Positions 25,093 to 36,092 are shown, counted from the stretch's first letter. The stretch is DNA of 64,000 nt from an uncultured Prevotellaceae bacterium (GCA_902774815.1 CACYJV010000002.1:16373-80372); one strand, 5' to 3'. The notes: generated by a model not told the origin, from the sequence alone. Numbers and translations are program-made.

Positions 25093-26898
25093 TCAGCGGA
25101 CAACTATTTTTTTGCCGCCGTGAATGTAGATACCCTTGGGGAGTTCACCATTTACTGATTTGCGATTTACGATCATGCGGCCTTGTAAGTCGTAGATGTT
25201 ATCATTTTCAATTTCCATTCCTCCATTTTCAATTTGAATGATTCCCGTCGGCACTTTCTGATAGACGCGCACATAGTCGAACTCGGTTTCGTAGATGAAG
25301 TCTTGGTCTGGTTTGGCTGCCCAAGAACCATCACCTACACTTTGATTGAGGATGATGTAGAAATCGTGGTCAAAGGGCCATTGCAATCCATCAATCGCAG
25401 TCTGGGTAGTCAGCCTGCGATAGGTTGCCACGCGATTTCCATCAACGGTCCATGTCAGCAGATCGGGTTCCCAAGTCAATCCGTAAACATGCCAGTTGTC
25501 AATGGTAACCGTCTCGTTGCTGCTCGGTGTAGGGTTCGTTCGCTTCAGGTTATAGGTCCAGTTGGAATGAACTGTGTGGTAAGCTGTATTTTTGTCATCG
25601 ATAGATTCGAAGATATCTATCTCACCTGCATTAGGCCACGAGGCACAAGGTGGTTGCGGCATCATCCATGCGGCAGGGAAACTGCCTGTGTGAGGCAAGG
25701 TCTTCAGTCTTATTTCAACTTTTCCGTAGGTAAACGAGAAGAGATTGCGAGTCTCCATGGCACCTGTTATCATTGGAACATTATCAGTTGTTGTGTCAGG
25801 ATTCTTGATTGCACGGCACACCAGTGAGCCATTACGGATGAAAGCCACGTCGGGCGAATTGCTGATATAGCGGTTCCATGTGGAACCATAGCGGGTGGAG
25901 CATTGCCACTTGGCAGGATCGGGGCGTGAGCCATCGGTCTGGTTGAACTCATCACTAAAAATGAGCTGATAAACTTCGTCTTCAGATCCGCTGTCGTTGC
26001 TGATAAATTCGGCTCTGACCTCCATATCGCCATCAACGATGGAACCATCGAGTGTGACCAACCCATGATCGAAAGCTGATGCAGAGAACGTTTCCTCAAC
26101 ATATTGTGCCACTCCATTAACCATCGAGTCGGCCTTAAGCAATCCATGACGCACGCTAATCTGCTTCAACCGCATACCTTCATCAGGCACAACAACGAGC
26201 GGCAGTGACTGCCCGATGGTCCATTCGGCTGTTGTGACCGGCTCTCCGTTACCAAGGCTTACAGTACCGCCTTCGGCTTTGATGGTTATGCCGACCGTAG
26301 GATCATCATAGATGCGAAGTCTTACGTCAGCGATGCCTCCGCCATTTGTGATGATGCTATTGTCTGCTCCGACATAACCTCCCGGATCGGCTGAATCCCA
26401 ATCTATTTTATAGCGCATCATGTAGAAGCCCGGCTGTAGCGACTCGGGCAATGTGAAAGCCACAGGCGTGAGCACTCCCATGTCAACAGTCTGGCCAGCA
26501 CTGTTGTAATTGCCATCGCTGAACGTCATCCCTGAGAACGAAACGAGATCATTATCGGCCGTCAACGTTCCATGTTCACCTGGCTGAAGTACGTCAAACC
26601 TTCCGTTTTGATTCTTGTCGACGTAGACGAAGCCATGCATCCAGCGACCGGTATAGTCAAAGGCAGGTATCACCGTTTGCCCGGCTTTGGCCACAACGGA
26701 GTGCATAGTCATGTCGTTATACATCTTCATCGGGTCGGTCACAGCCACCGAGACGCCGCCCAGTCCCACGCCATTGAGGATGCGATCTGTGCGCGTGCGG
26801 TTCTGGTCTTTTGCGAAGTTGATGGGGTAAGCATTGTCTTGCTGTGCCATGGCCGTCAGCCCGACAATCAACAGCAATACTGTCAGCATCTGTTTCAT
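25093..26898 (-). CDS. Glycoside hydrolase family 16 (beta-glucanase-like) with T9SS C-terminal domain
   Basis: Signal peptide. GH16 catalytic motif GEIDIFES (ExDxxE). C-terminal ...LPKGIYIHGGKKIVVR. Confidence 0.8.
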   Translation of the reverse strand: MKQMLTVLLLIVGLTAMAQQDNAYPINFAKDQNRTRTDRILNGVGLGGVSVAVTDPMKMYNDMTMHSVVAKAGQTVIPAFDYTGRWMHGFVYVDKNQNGRFDVLQPGEHGTLTADNDLVSFSGMTFSDGNYNSAGQTVDMGVLTPVAFTLPESLQPGFYMMRYKIDWDSADPGGYVGADNSIITNGGGIADVRLRIYDDPTVGITIKAEGGTVSLGNGEPVTTAEWTIGQSLPLVVVPDEGMRLKQISVRHGLLKADSMVNGVAQYVEETFSASAFDHGLVTLDGSIVDGDMEVRAEFISNDSGSEDEVYQLIFSDEFNQTDGSRPDPAKWQCSTRYGSTWNRYISNSPDVAFIRNGSLVCRAIKNPDTTTDNVPMITGAMETRNLFSFTYGKVEIRLKTLPHTGSFPAAWMMPQPPCASWPNAGEIDIFESIDDKNTAYHTVHSNWTYNLKRTNPTPSSNETVTIDNWHVYGLTWEPDLLTWTVDGNRVATYRRLTTQTAIDGLQWPFDHDFYIILNQSVGDGSWAAKPDQDFIYETEFDYVRVYQKVPTGIIQIENGGMEIENDNIYDLQGRMIVNRKSVNGELPKGIYIHGGKKIVVR

Positions 26899-26924
26899 AA
26901 GCTTGAATCAATTAGTTCCAACTG

Positions 26925-26932
26925 CAAATATA
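26925..26932 (-). promoter_or_regulatory. Candidate -7 box TATATTTG for the GH16 gene
   Basis: Plus-strand caaatata, 27 nt upstream of ATG 26898. Confidence 0.4.
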
Positions 26933-26972
26933 CAAAAAAACAAAAGCAGGACAAAGTTTTTGCCCTGCTTTT
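26933..26972 (-). terminator. Terminator after the lipoprotein gene 26991..28079
   Basis: Stem aaaagcagg / cctgctttt. On the minus strand it is followed by gtttttttg. Confidence 0.5.
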
Positions 26973-26990
26973 TTCGTATTTATTAAATGA

Positions 26991-28079
26991 TTACTTATTT
27001 GACGTAGTCGCGCGGCAGAAGCGATAGCTCATCCCAAAGTTCACCACGCCCTCGATGCCATAGCCCAACTCAGCAAAGAAGCGGAGATGGCGTCCGCCGA
27101 CATCAAAGCCAAGGGCTGTGAGCTGCGGGGCCAGTTTCCATCGCTTGCGGTCGAACACTTCCTGTCTGTGGTGCTGATAGCTGATTTCGGGAAGAAGCGA
27201 TGCCTTAATGGTGTGTACCGATGCCCATGTGTGACTGTACTGGGCTCCGAGTGCCGCCATGGAGTAAAGGGAGAACATATCGCTATAAATCCAGCTGTAC
27301 TTCACGGCAGGCATGGCGAATGTCGACCGGGTGTGGATATGAGCATAGGGCGACAAGGCATACGAATCGGGATCTTCCGGGTCGTAGGGCGTTTCCAATT
27401 CGTCGTAGGAACTCGCCTTTCCGAAAACTGCACCAATGGCTACATGCGGGTTGATGTGGTAGAAGTAGCGAATACCCCATGAGATGCCGTCAACATAGAT
27501 TCCACAACGAAAGGGTGTCTCCATGCCCATGTCGCGGAACTGTTCGACTTGCCGATCGTGAGTTCCCTGCCAGACGGAAGACCCTAAGCCTGCCAACACG
27601 TCGATCTCGTGGCGATAGAGGCGGGGCTCACGGCGAACGGGCAACTGCACTATCTTGCTCACGCCGACAGGCGCCAAGGGCTCGGCACCGATGCTCTCCT
27701 CCTTGCTGCGCTTGCTGATGTAGTAGCGCGACATGGCAGGTTCGTAGATGGCGCCCGTCATCAGGTCGACGGGCAGGCCCAGAAATCCGTTGAAGTAGTT
27801 GGCCCAAATCCAGAGGTTGGTGTTGCGACCGGGAATGATGTCGGCATAGTCGTAGTGGGGCGACGTGAGCGTGATGGGCTCGGTGAGCTTATCGCGCCTG
27901 ATGCTCAGGGAAGCTGGCAGCGAGACGCTGTCGTAGGTTTGCTCGTCGGCAACAATGGTGAGGGGTTCGGGTGCGTCGCCGTCGATGATGACGCGAGCTC
28001 GTGTGCCCGTGAAGATGGTGGCACACGACGTCAACAGCAGCGTTGACAAGGCTAACAAAGGCAGATGTTGTTTCTTCAT
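26991..28079 (-). CDS. Lipoprotein, unknown function
   Basis: 362 aa with lipobox LLLTSC. The aromatic-rich C-terminal half suggests a beta-rich fold. Confidence 0.55.
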   Translation of the reverse strand: MKKQHLPLLALSTLLLTSCATIFTGTRARVIIDGDAPEPLTIVADEQTYDSVSLPASLSIRRDKLTEPITLTSPHYDYADIIPGRNTNLWIWANYFNGFLGLPVDLMTGAIYEPAMSRYYISKRSKEESIGAEPLAPVGVSKIVQLPVRREPRLYRHEIDVLAGLGSSVWQGTHDRQVEQFRDMGMETPFRCGIYVDGISWGIRYFYHINPHVAIGAVFGKASSYDELETPYDPEDPDSYALSPYAHIHTRSTFAMPAVKYSWIYSDMFSLYSMAALGAQYSHTWASVHTIKASLLPEISYQHHRQEVFDRKRWKLAPQLTALGFDVGGRHLRFFAELGYGIEGVVNFGMSYRFCRATTSNK

Positions 28080-28152
28080 TTCGTTTTGCTTTATGATTAC
28101 AATAACTAAACATTAAACGACGATGAAACAATAAACTTGCACGGTCTGAGAG

Positions 28153-28230
28153 AAAAAATGTAGGGACGCGACGTGTCGCGTTCGTAAATAGAAAAGACGA
28201 ACCAAACAACGCGACAGGTCGCGTCCCCAC
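28153..28230 (-). terminator. Inverted pair of REP-like family-2 elements forming a long hairpin plus T-tract (terminator of yccF-family gene)
   Basis: gtagggacgcgacgtgtcgcgtt (28160-28182) and aacgcgacaggtcgcgtccccac (28208-28230) are near-perfect reverse complements. On the minus strand the hairpin is followed by TTTTTT (28153-28158). Confidence 0.65.
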
Positions 28231-28242
28231 ACGAAATGCCCC

Positions 28243-28608
28243 CTACACGATTTCCCTGCCGAACGGGGTGAGGGCGATGTGGGCGAGCTTGAAGTGCTGC
28301 TTGCCGAAGGGGATGCCGATGATGGTGATGAAGAACAGGCAACCGAAGAGCACATGCGTGAGCCATATCCACAGTCCGCCGACAAAGAACCACAGCACGT
28401 TCATGGCAGTGTTCAGACAGCCGCTGGTGGGTTTCTTCTTCACCTCCGAGCCGAAGGGCCACAGGGCCAGCAGGCCGAGCTTCAGCGATTGCAGACCAAA
28501 GGGAATACCTATGATGGTGATCATCATGGCAAGACTTGCCACAAGATATTCAATGGCGATTTCGATGCCGCCAAACACAAGCCAAATGATGTTGCCTAAT
28601 AATTTCAT
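28243..28608 (-). CDS. YccF-family inner-membrane protein
   Basis: 121 aa with duplicated ITIIGIPFG(L/K)Q motifs, characteristic of YccF/DUF307. Confidence 0.8.
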   Translation of the reverse strand: MKLLGNIIWLVFGGIEIAIEYLVASLAMMITIIGIPFGLQSLKLGLLALWPFGSEVKKKPTSGCLNTAMNVLWFFVGGLWIWLTHVLFGCLFFITIIGIPFGKQHFKLAHIALTPFGREIV

Positions 28609-28721
28609 TTCGCGTACTATTTAATTATCAATGATGCTTCTTGCTGTTCACCGTTATTGGTTGAACTATTCTTTTGACGAGGAAACAACAAAGAAGGTTG
28701 CAGGGCTCATCATTTTTTCAT

Positions 28722-30683
28722 TTATTGCAAGGCTTCGAGTTCCTCGGAGAGTTGCATCCAGCGGTCGTTTTCCTCGTCGAGTTGGCGCATGGTCTGAGCA
28801 TATTCCTCGATGAGTTTCATGTCGGTGGCATGTTCCGGTTTTGAGAGCAACCTGTCCATGTCCTTGATGCGGACTTCCATTTGGGCAATTTTATCCTCAC
28901 AAGCCTTCACTGCTTTCTCTGCACGCTTCACCTTCTTCTGCTGCTCCTTGCGTTCTGCATAAGATGCCCCACCCCGGCCCTCACCGACTGGGGAGGGTGA
29001 CTGCTGCGGCATAGCTTTTACTGATGGCTGTTGGTTGCTCATGGCCAGTCGCTCGTCGATGGTCATGTCGGCCTCACCCTTGGGATGACTCCGCAGCCAG
29101 TCATAGATGCCGCCAAGATGCTCACGTACACGACCACCACCGAATTCAAACACCTTCGTGACAAGCCCATCGAGAAACTCGCGGTCGTGCGATACAATGA
29201 TAGCGGTGCCGTCGAAGGCACGGATAGCTTCCTTTAGCACATCCTTCGACTGCATGTCGAGATGGTTGGTCGGCTCATCGAGAATGAGCAGGTTGACGGG
29301 TTCCAACAGCAGACGAATCATGGCCAGTCGGCTACGCTCGCCACCAGAAAGCACCTTCACTTTCTTCTCCGACTCCTCGCCGCCAAACATAAAGGCCCCG
29401 AGGATGTCGTTGATACGTAGGCGGATGTCGCCTTTTGCCACGTAATCGATGGTTTGGAAGACGGTAAGCGACTCGTCTAACAGCTGTGCCTGGTTCTGTG
29501 CAAAGTAACCGATCTGCACATTATGTCCAATCTTCAGTGTACCGTCGAAAGGAATCTCGCCCATAATGCACTTCACAAGCGTCGACTTACCCTCACCGTT
29601 CTTACCGACAAACGCCACTTTCTCGCCACGTTTCAGGATGAAGTTCACGTCGGAGAACACCTGATGATGGCCATAGGCCTTACCGACATCCTCGCAGATG
29701 ATGGGATAATCGCCACTCCTGAGGCAGGGTGGGAACTTCAGACGCAAAGCACTGTTGTCAACCTCGTCAATCTCTATCGGTACTATCTTCTCCAACTGCT
29801 TGATTTTCTGCTGAACCTGCACGGCCTTCGTTGCCTGATATCGGAAGCGTTCAATGAATGCCCGCATATCTTGAATCTCTTTCTGCTGGTTTTCGTAGGC
29901 ACGCAACTGCTGTTCGCGACGTTCACGCCGCAAGACGACGTACTCGTTGTACTTCACACGATAGTCAATGATCTGTCCGCAGCTGATTTCCAGCGTTCGG
30001 TTGGTCACATTATTGATAAAGGCACGGTCATGGCTTACCAACACCACTGCCGAAGCGCTTTGAGCAAGGAATTGTTCCAGCCACTGGATGGATTCAATGT
30101 CCAGATGGTTGGTAGGCTCGTCGAGCAACAGCACGTCAGGTCGGCGAAGCAGGATCTTTGCCAATTCGATTCGCATACGCCAACCGCCAGAGAATTCAGA
30201 CGTAGGGCGATCGAAATCAGTACGCAAGAAACCAAGTCCTATCAACGTACGTTCAATTTCGGCCTCATAACCCTCGCCGCCAAGCATCAAATAGCGCTCA
30301 TGCTCCTGCGTGAACCTCTCGACCAGCCGCATATAGTCATCGCTCTCGTAGTCGGTGCGTTCGCCGAGTTCGCGTTCCATACGCTCTACTCGTTCTTTCA
30401 GCCGAGTTGTATCGCTAAAAGCCTTCCGCGCCTCTTCTTTCACGGTGGTTTCGTCGGCCAGCCGCATCACCTGCGGCAGATAACCAATCGTAGTGTCGTT
30501 CGGAATACTGACAGTGCCGCTTGTGGGGTGCTGTTCGCCACAAAGAATCTTCAGCAACGTCGACTTGCCAGCACCGTTTTTACCTACGAGTGCAATTCTA
30601 TCGCGATCGTTTATGACGAAACTTGCCTCGCTGAAAAGGGGCTTAACGCCAAATTCTACAGTTAAGTTCTCAACTGAGATCAT
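28722..30683 (-). CDS. ABC-F family ATPase (no membrane domain)
   Basis: Two ABC cassettes (GKNGAGKST / GKNGEGKST; LSGGWRMR / LSGGERSR) and a C-terminal coiled-coil tail. Confidence 0.9.
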   Translation of the reverse strand: MISVENLTVEFGVKPLFSEASFVINDRDRIALVGKNGAGKSTLLKILCGEQHPTSGTVSIPNDTTIGYLPQVMRLADETTVKEEARKAFSDTTRLKERVERMERELGERTDYESDDYMRLVERFTQEHERYLMLGGEGYEAEIERTLIGLGFLRTDFDRPTSEFSGGWRMRIELAKILLRRPDVLLLDEPTNHLDIESIQWLEQFLAQSASAVVLVSHDRAFINNVTNRTLEISCGQIIDYRVKYNEYVVLRRERREQQLRAYENQQKEIQDMRAFIERFRYQATKAVQVQQKIKQLEKIVPIEIDEVDNSALRLKFPPCLRSGDYPIICEDVGKAYGHHQVFSDVNFILKRGEKVAFVGKNGEGKSTLVKCIMGEIPFDGTLKIGHNVQIGYFAQNQAQLLDESLTVFQTIDYVAKGDIRLRINDILGAFMFGGEESEKKVKVLSGGERSRLAMIRLLLEPVNLLILDEPTNHLDMQSKDVLKEAIRAFDGTAIIVSHDREFLDGLVTKVFEFGGGRVREHLGGIYDWLRSHPKGEADMTIDERLAMSNQQPSVKAMPQQSPSPVGEGRGGASYAERKEQQKKVKRAEKAVKACEDKIAQMEVRIKDMDRLLSKPEHATDMKLIEEYAQTMRQLDEENDRWMQLSEELEALQ

Positions 30684-30685
30684 TC

Positions 30686-33600
30686 TTATTTCTTCACTTT
30701 TTTCGTTCCACCTTTGCCTTGTACGATGTAGACTCCTGCGGGCAGTTGCTGGAGTGCGTCACCAAAGCACACCTGATGGCGCAGTTTGATGCCTTCATAT
30801 GAATAGACATCAACTAAGTCGTTGTCGGCAAATGATACGTTTATTCCATCGGTAACTGCTGTTACCCGAATCTTTCCATCGACGTTGATGGTAGAGGCAT
30901 CAAACTCATACGACATACCTTCTGACTGGCATTTCACGATGACATTACCAGAAGAACGCGAGAAGCCTGCATTGAAAACTGTAATCTCATCCCCCACTTC
31001 AAGTGTGCGGGTGCTGGGAACGACAACTAGCAGCGTGTCCTGCGAGTGTGAGATCGTACCGCTTACAGAATAGCTCATGTTGCTTGAGCGCGTGAGCAGA
31101 CAGCGGATGGTGGAACCTTGCCGCATCGACAAATTACCTGTTATACGCATATTGGCGGCTGAGGTCTGGTTGATGCCAGCTGCCAGGGTACCTCCTTTCA
31201 TTACAGTGACGTTGCTGGCTGCACCATTGCCAGAGAGGGTTCCGCCATTGTTCACGGTAATAGCACCCGTAGACATTGGCGAATTGCTGGTATTATAAAG
31301 TTCGAGCGTGCCTCCATTGACACTGATTGGCGAAGTATGGCCGACTGTGCGAAGGGAGAGTTTGCCATCGCCAACCTTCTTCACGTTGGCACCTTTAAGG
31401 AGTCCGTAGAAAGTAGTGTTTTCTCCCAGATAGCCAATCTCGTAAGAACTGCCAGAGCCTCCCAAGGTAGCATCGGTTGCAGAGGTTCCCGAAGAAAGTG
31501 AACCAATCTTCAGTGTAGCAGTTCCCTCTGAGCCGCTACCACTCTTGAAGTGGGCCACATAAGCACCAGAAGCCAGGATGAGTCGCGTCTTGCTCATGTC
31601 GGTAACATTCTCCATCAGGCGGAACTGACTGCCAATGGCGGTCAGAGTTCCTTCGAAAGCACTGAAGTTAGCTCCTACATCGCAGCGCACATACCGCGTT
31701 TCTATCGTCAGATTACCCGAACCTTTTACCGTTCCGTTGATCTTTCCACGTGACGATCCCAGAATCTTATTGTTTGTTCCTTCTTGGATCGTGAAGTTAT
31801 GATTCAGATTTGGAACCGTGGAAGTACTGTTAACGTCAATCTGATGAACCTCTCCACCAGCCAATACCATTGGCGAGCCAGAACGGCCAAACGTACTATT
31901 CCAAGCTCCCTGAGCAATGACACCACGCTTAACGATCACGCCGGCGAAGTTATTGTTGCCGCCATAAGTGAAGTTCAGTTGTCCAGGGCCATCCTTGATG
32001 AGATAGCCTGAGCCATTGATCATTCCCTTCATGGAGAGCGAACTGTTGGCTTGGGCAATGCGGATGGTAGCCGTGTCGGTGAGAGTGATGATGCGGTCGG
32101 TACCCATATTGTCGCGGCTCAACACCAGTGTGCCTCCATTGAGCTGCAGGTTGCCATTAGTGGCGGCTGCTGCACCAATTGCGCTCTTTTGCCCGCCATC
32201 GTAGAAGTTGGGCACGATGAGTGTTCCGCCATTAACGATTGTCTTTCCTGTGTAGTCGCTATTCTTCAGATTGAAAGTCACATTGGCGTCTTTATTAACG
32301 GTCACACCGCCCTCGCCCGAGATGCCTCCATCGCCAGAGAACGTGTAGGTGCCACTATTGAAGACAACGCCGCTGGTCACAATTTGGTCGTTGATGGTAA
32401 TGTTCTTACGTAAAGCCGCATCATCAAAGACCACCTCATCGCCGGGAACGAATGTCGTGGCACCGTCAAGATCGAAGTTTTCCGACTTGTAATCCCAAGT
32501 TGAATTCTCGTTGCCAGTCCATACGACACCCGTTGTAGCATCACGAGTCTCCTTGACCACTAGCAAAAGCTGCTGACCATCGACCACGAACTCGAAGTTG
32601 ATTCCGTCAAGACCTCGGCTCTTCAAGGCTGTGGGGTCTGCCGTGAGCGTACCTGTGCACTCAGCAACGACATAGCTTCCGGCAGTCAGTTCGTCGTGGT
32701 TGACACTGATGGTGTTTTGCCCTGTCAAGGTTAGGTCGCCCTTCACAAGCAAACGACCGCTTTTACCATCTGCCGCATCTACTTCAATGAATACGCCACC
32801 TGGAATCATCAGACTCTTATTAAAGGTAATGACACCACTTGTTTCGTGCGGTTTCAGTCGGCAACCTTCATAGTTGAGAGCCTCTTCGAACGTGATATCA
32901 CCTGCAATCACAGCATTTCCGCTGAGCGTTCCTTTTGCCCGAAGCTCAACAGGACCGGCAATAGTACCGTTGACAGCCAACGTTCCCTCGCTGATGATAG
33001 TGGGACCCGTGAAGTTGAAGTTGTTGTTGAAAGTGGCTGTGCCAAGCATTGACTTGATGAATGTCATATCGCCAGCCAGTTGTCCTGAGCCTTGGAAGGT
33101 ATAGTCGTGGCCACGAGGGTTCATCATGTAGAAACAGGCAGGTTTCAGAATGCCATCGAGGACGATTGGAGAGGCGTTATCGCCTGAAACGTCGAACATC
33201 ACGGACTTATTGTCAGCATAAGTTTGTGCTTGCTTCATGTCGAAGGATGTGAAGCCATTCTGCCACGAACCGCCCTTCCATCGCAGATCCGCTTCGAACA
33301 CAGGCGGTAATGGCGGCATAGGCATTCCACTGCCCAGATAGAACCCTGTGTTAGGATGCTGATAGTATCCGCGCGTTGTGCAGTCACCACGATAGTGAGG
33401 ATCCTGTTGCAAGCAGTAGATGCTGTAATTGGTAGGCATGTTGGTTGTGTATCCCACCAGACCGGTAGAGCCGTCAGCGTTCTGGTTGACAAGAATCACC
33501 TCTTCACGCCAGTCGCCTACGATATCGCCCATAAAAGCAGGGCGGGTACCAGTGGCAGCATGCGTTGCCCAGTTGCTCTCCTGCGAGAATTCCACGAGTC

Positions 33601-35293
33601 GGTTTTTGCTCAACACCCGTGTCACCATCAGGTTAGTACCCCAACCACTACCTCCAGGTGAAGAAAGTTCCTCACGCTGCAGGTTCTCATCCCACCAAAC
33701 ACCCTCAAACATGGTCGATATGCCACAGCCAGAGCGTGTGTAGTTGGTCTTGTCGCCTTTACAATCGTAGATAAAATCGTCGGTAAAGCTATAGAGCTCA
33801 TAGCCTTTTCGCGAAGCGTCGACATCCATGCAGGCACCACGTCCCACGTCATAGACTGACGGCAGATACCATTCCTTGATTCGTTCGCCTGTTCGAGCGT
33901 CATAAAGCAATTGTCCAAGCAAGGCACTCTGCTGAATGGCATACACCTCCATGCCAGGACGGTCGGGATCGATATCGCTCAGGATGAAACGGTCGCCATG
34001 ACCGATTCCTGGACTTTGGAACCATCCTTTCAACGGATTCACGCTATAGCCACCCTGTATCATCTCATCGCATCCGTCGCCATCGACATCAGCCACACGT
34101 AACTGATGGAATTCAGCGGGCCAAGGCCGCTTGTCGTTACGGCTCCAGGTTGCAGAGTGATGCCAGTTCTTCGGTGTTCCTCCCGTCCAATCGAAGTCCC
34201 AAGTGAATACGTAGTTGTGGTGAGTTTTGTTGTTGTCGCGGTCAAGACACTCCATTACCAACGACGGATGAATACCGTCAAGGTAGCAGATGGCGAAATG
34301 TCCGTCCATGGCTGAATAGCCATCGCTCATATAGTTGGGGCGGCTGGTGCGTGTATAGCTGTCGCTGCCGTCGCTGACCTCGCTGTATTTCAGTTCATTG
34401 CAGGCTATTTCAGCACCTGTGGCGCCATCAATCACAGAGATATAGAAGGGTCGGTTACGTACCGATTGTGAGCGATAATCAACGATTCCGTCGCCATCAA
34501 CATCAGGATTGTCGCTGCCCATGGCATATTTTCCCCACGTCTCATTCTGTTTATCCCAAAAACGGGTACCGTCGCTGGCTCGAATCATCACCTCTGCTTT
34601 GCCGTCACAGTTGATATCGTAGGCCACAACCATATCGTTCTGACCGCCCGAGATGTTAACATTCGGCCCCATATCGACTGTCCACAGAAGTGTTCCGTCA
34701 AGTTTGTAAGCCTGTATTTTGTGCGATGTCGTTGAGGTATTGTCACTTTGGTTCTCGGCATCGTCGTTGTCGGCAGCTCCTGCAAAGAGTCGGTCGACGA
34801 CAACCGCATCGAACTCGCCATTGCCATCAAGGTCCATCGGCCATACGAACTTCGTACGGTAGTCATTTCGCGTCAGTACCTTGTTATCGAAATCGAACTT
34901 GAACCAGACATTAGGCCAAGGCTGAGTAGTATACCTGAAGGGTCGGCTCAGTTCGCCTTCCACTCCGTTGACAACAGCAGCCACGGCGAACTCAGTGCCG
35001 CTGGCCATCGTCGAGGGTTGGTAGTTCGTTTTCGTGAGAGGTGTGGTATTGACTTTGGTAAACGATGTCGCACCCGGGGAACGTTGGTAGAGGTTATAGC
35101 TAGTGCCCTCGGGCTCTTCTGCCAGTTTACGCCACGATACGAGATTTCCTTGTCCTCCGCTTGAGGTTACGCTACGACCACCGGTGCGATTGACTGCCAC
35201 CACGCCTCTGCCTAACTTCTGCTGAAGGCGTTGAGCGTTCATTCCTGATGGCAATAAGACCAGAATTGCCAACAATATGCCTATCTTTTTCAT
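30686..35293 (-). CDS. Rhamnogalacturonan lyase (PL11-like beta-propeller) fused to autotransporter-type beta-strand repeats and a T9SS C-terminal domain
   Basis: Signal peptide. LGRGVVAVN...NLVSWRKL...YNLYQ, then Ca-binding DxDGDG-type blades ([30 protein letters not shown]). Repeated GGTL(x)L / NGGTL segments. C-terminal [19 protein letters not shown]. Confidence 0.7.
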   Translation of the reverse strand: MKKIGILLAILVLLPSGMNAQRLQQKLGRGVVAVNRTGGRSVTSSGGQGNLVSWRKLAEEPEGTSYNLYQRSPGATSFTKVNTTPLTKTNYQPSTMASGTEFAVAAVVNGVEGELSRPFRYTTQPWPNVWFKFDFDNKVLTRNDYRTKFVWPMDLDGNGEFDAVVVDRLFAGAADNDDAENQSDNTSTTSHKIQAYKLDGTLLWTVDMGPNVNISGGQNDMVVAYDINCDGKAEVMIRASDGTRFWDKQNETWGKYAMGSDNPDVDGDGIVDYRSQSVRNRPFYISVIDGATGAEIACNELKYSEVSDGSDSYTRTSRPNYMSDGYSAMDGHFAICYLDGIHPSLVMECLDRDNNKTHHNYVFTWDFDWTGGTPKNWHHSATWSRNDKRPWPAEFHQLRVADVDGDGCDEMIQGGYSVNPLKGWFQSPGIGHGDRFILSDIDPDRPGMEVYAIQQSALLGQLLYDARTGERIKEWYLPSVYDVGRGACMDVDASRKGYELYSFTDDFIYDCKGDKTNYTRSGCGISTMFEGVWWDENLQREELSSPGGSGWGTNLMVTRVLSKNRLVEFSQESNWATHAATGTRPAFMGDIVGDWREEVILVNQNADGSTGLVGYTTNMPTNYSIYCLQQDPHYRGDCTTRGYYQHPNTGFYLGSGMPMPPLPPVFEADLRWKGGSWQNGFTSFDMKQAQTYADNKSVMFDVSGDNASPIVLDGILKPACFYMMNPRGHDYTFQGSGQLAGDMTFIKSMLGTATFNNNFNFTGPTIISEGTLAVNGTIAGPVELRAKGTLSGNAVIAGDITFEEALNYEGCRLKPHETSGVITFNKSLMIPGGVFIEVDAADGKSGRLLVKGDLTLTGQNTISVNHDELTAGSYVVAECTGTLTADPTALKSRGLDGINFEFVVDGQQLLLVVKETRDATTGVVWTGNENSTWDYKSENFDLDGATTFVPGDEVVFDDAALRKNITINDQIVTSGVVFNSGTYTFSGDGGISGEGGVTVNKDANVTFNLKNSDYTGKTIVNGGTLIVPNFYDGGQKSAIGAAAATNGNLQLNGGTLVLSRDNMGTDRIITLTDTATIRIAQANSSLSMKGMINGSGYLIKDGPGQLNFTYGGNNNFAGVIVKRGVIAQGAWNSTFGRSGSPMVLAGGEVHQIDVNSTSTVPNLNHNFTIQEGTNNKILGSSRGKINGTVKGSGNLTIETRYVRCDVGANFSAFEGTLTAIGSQFRLMENVTDMSKTRLILASGAYVAHFKSGSGSEGTATLKIGSLSSGTSATDATLGGSGSSYEIGYLGENTTFYGLLKGANVKKVGDGKLSLRTVGHTSPISVNGGTLELYNTSNSPMSTGAITVNNGGTLSGNGAASNVTVMKGGTLAAGINQTSAANMRITGNLSMRQGSTIRCLLTRSSNMSYSVSGTISHSQDTLLVVVPSTRTLEVGDEITVFNAGFSRSSGNVIVKCQSEGMSYEFDASTINVDGKIRVTAVTDGINVSFADNDLVDVYSYEGIKLRHQVCFGDALQQLPAGVYIVQGKGGTKKVKK

Positions 35294-35327
35294 TACAATG
35301 GGAATTGTGTTAAGTTATATTCGACGG

Positions 35328-35335
35328 CAAAGTTA
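35328..35335 (-). promoter_or_regulatory. Candidate -7 box TAACTTTG for the PL11 gene
   Basis: Plus-strand caaagtta, 35 nt upstream of ATG 35293. Confidence 0.4.
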
Positions 35336-35388
35336 CAAAAAAGATGAAAGATTCAAGATGAAAGGTAAAAGAATTTGGTTTTTTTTTA

Positions 35389-35396
35389 TAACTTTG
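35389..35396 (+). promoter_or_regulatory. Candidate -7 box TAACTTTG for trmD
   Basis: Only 10 nt before ATG 35406, which would imply a near-leaderless mRNA. Confidence 0.3.
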
Positions 35397-35405
35397 CAGT
35401 CAGAT

Positions 35406-36092
35406 ATGAGAATTGACATTATAACCGTATTGCCCGAGATGATCGAAGGATTCGTGCATGAAAGCATCCTGGCTCGGGCTGAAAAGAAAGGTCTGGCCGA
35501 GATCCGGCTGCATAACCTGCGCGACTATACGCTGGACAAGAGGCGTCGTGTGGACGACTATCCCTATGGTGGCTTTGCCGGAATGGTGATGCAATGCGAG
35601 CCCATCGACCGTTGTATCACGGCGCTGAAGGCTGAACGCGACTACGACGAGGTGATCTTCACCAGCCCCGATGGCGAGCAGTTCAACCAGCATGTGGCCA
35701 ACGAACTGTCGCTGCTGAACAACATTATTATATTGTGTGGCCACTACAAAGGCATAGACCACCGCATTCGCGAGCACCTCATCACTCGTGAGATCAGCAT
35801 CGGTGACTATGTGCTGACGGGTGGCGAACTGGCAGCTGCCATCATGGCCGATGCCATTGTGCGCGTGGTGCCTGGTGTGATCGGCGACGAGCAGAGTGCC
35901 CTCTCCGACTGTTTCCAGGACGACATGCTTTCGGCTCCCATCTACACACGGCCTGCCGACTACAAGGGATGGAAGGTGCCCGAGATACTTCTCTCTGGCA
36001 ATGAGGCAAAGATCAAGCAGTGGGAATTCGATCAGGCCATGGAGCGTACTCGCCGACTACGTCCCGACCTGCTGAAAAAAGGAACAAAGTAA
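35406..36092 (+). CDS. trmD: tRNA (guanine37-N1)-methyltransferase
   Basis: [16 protein letters not shown]...[13 protein letters not shown]...[10 protein letters not shown]...[11 protein letters not shown]. Internal ATG 35406 is preferred over ORF start 35277. Confidence 0.9.
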   Translation: MRIDIITVLPEMIEGFVHESILARAEKKGLAEIRLHNLRDYTLDKRRRVDDYPYGGFAGMVMQCEPIDRCITALKAERDYDEVIFTSPDGEQFNQHVANELSLLNNIIILCGHYKGIDHRIREHLITREISIGDYVLTGGELAAAIMADAIVRVVPGVIGDEQSALSDCFQDDMLSAPIYTRPADYKGWKVPEILLSGNEAKIKQWEFDQAMERTRRLRPDLLKKGTK

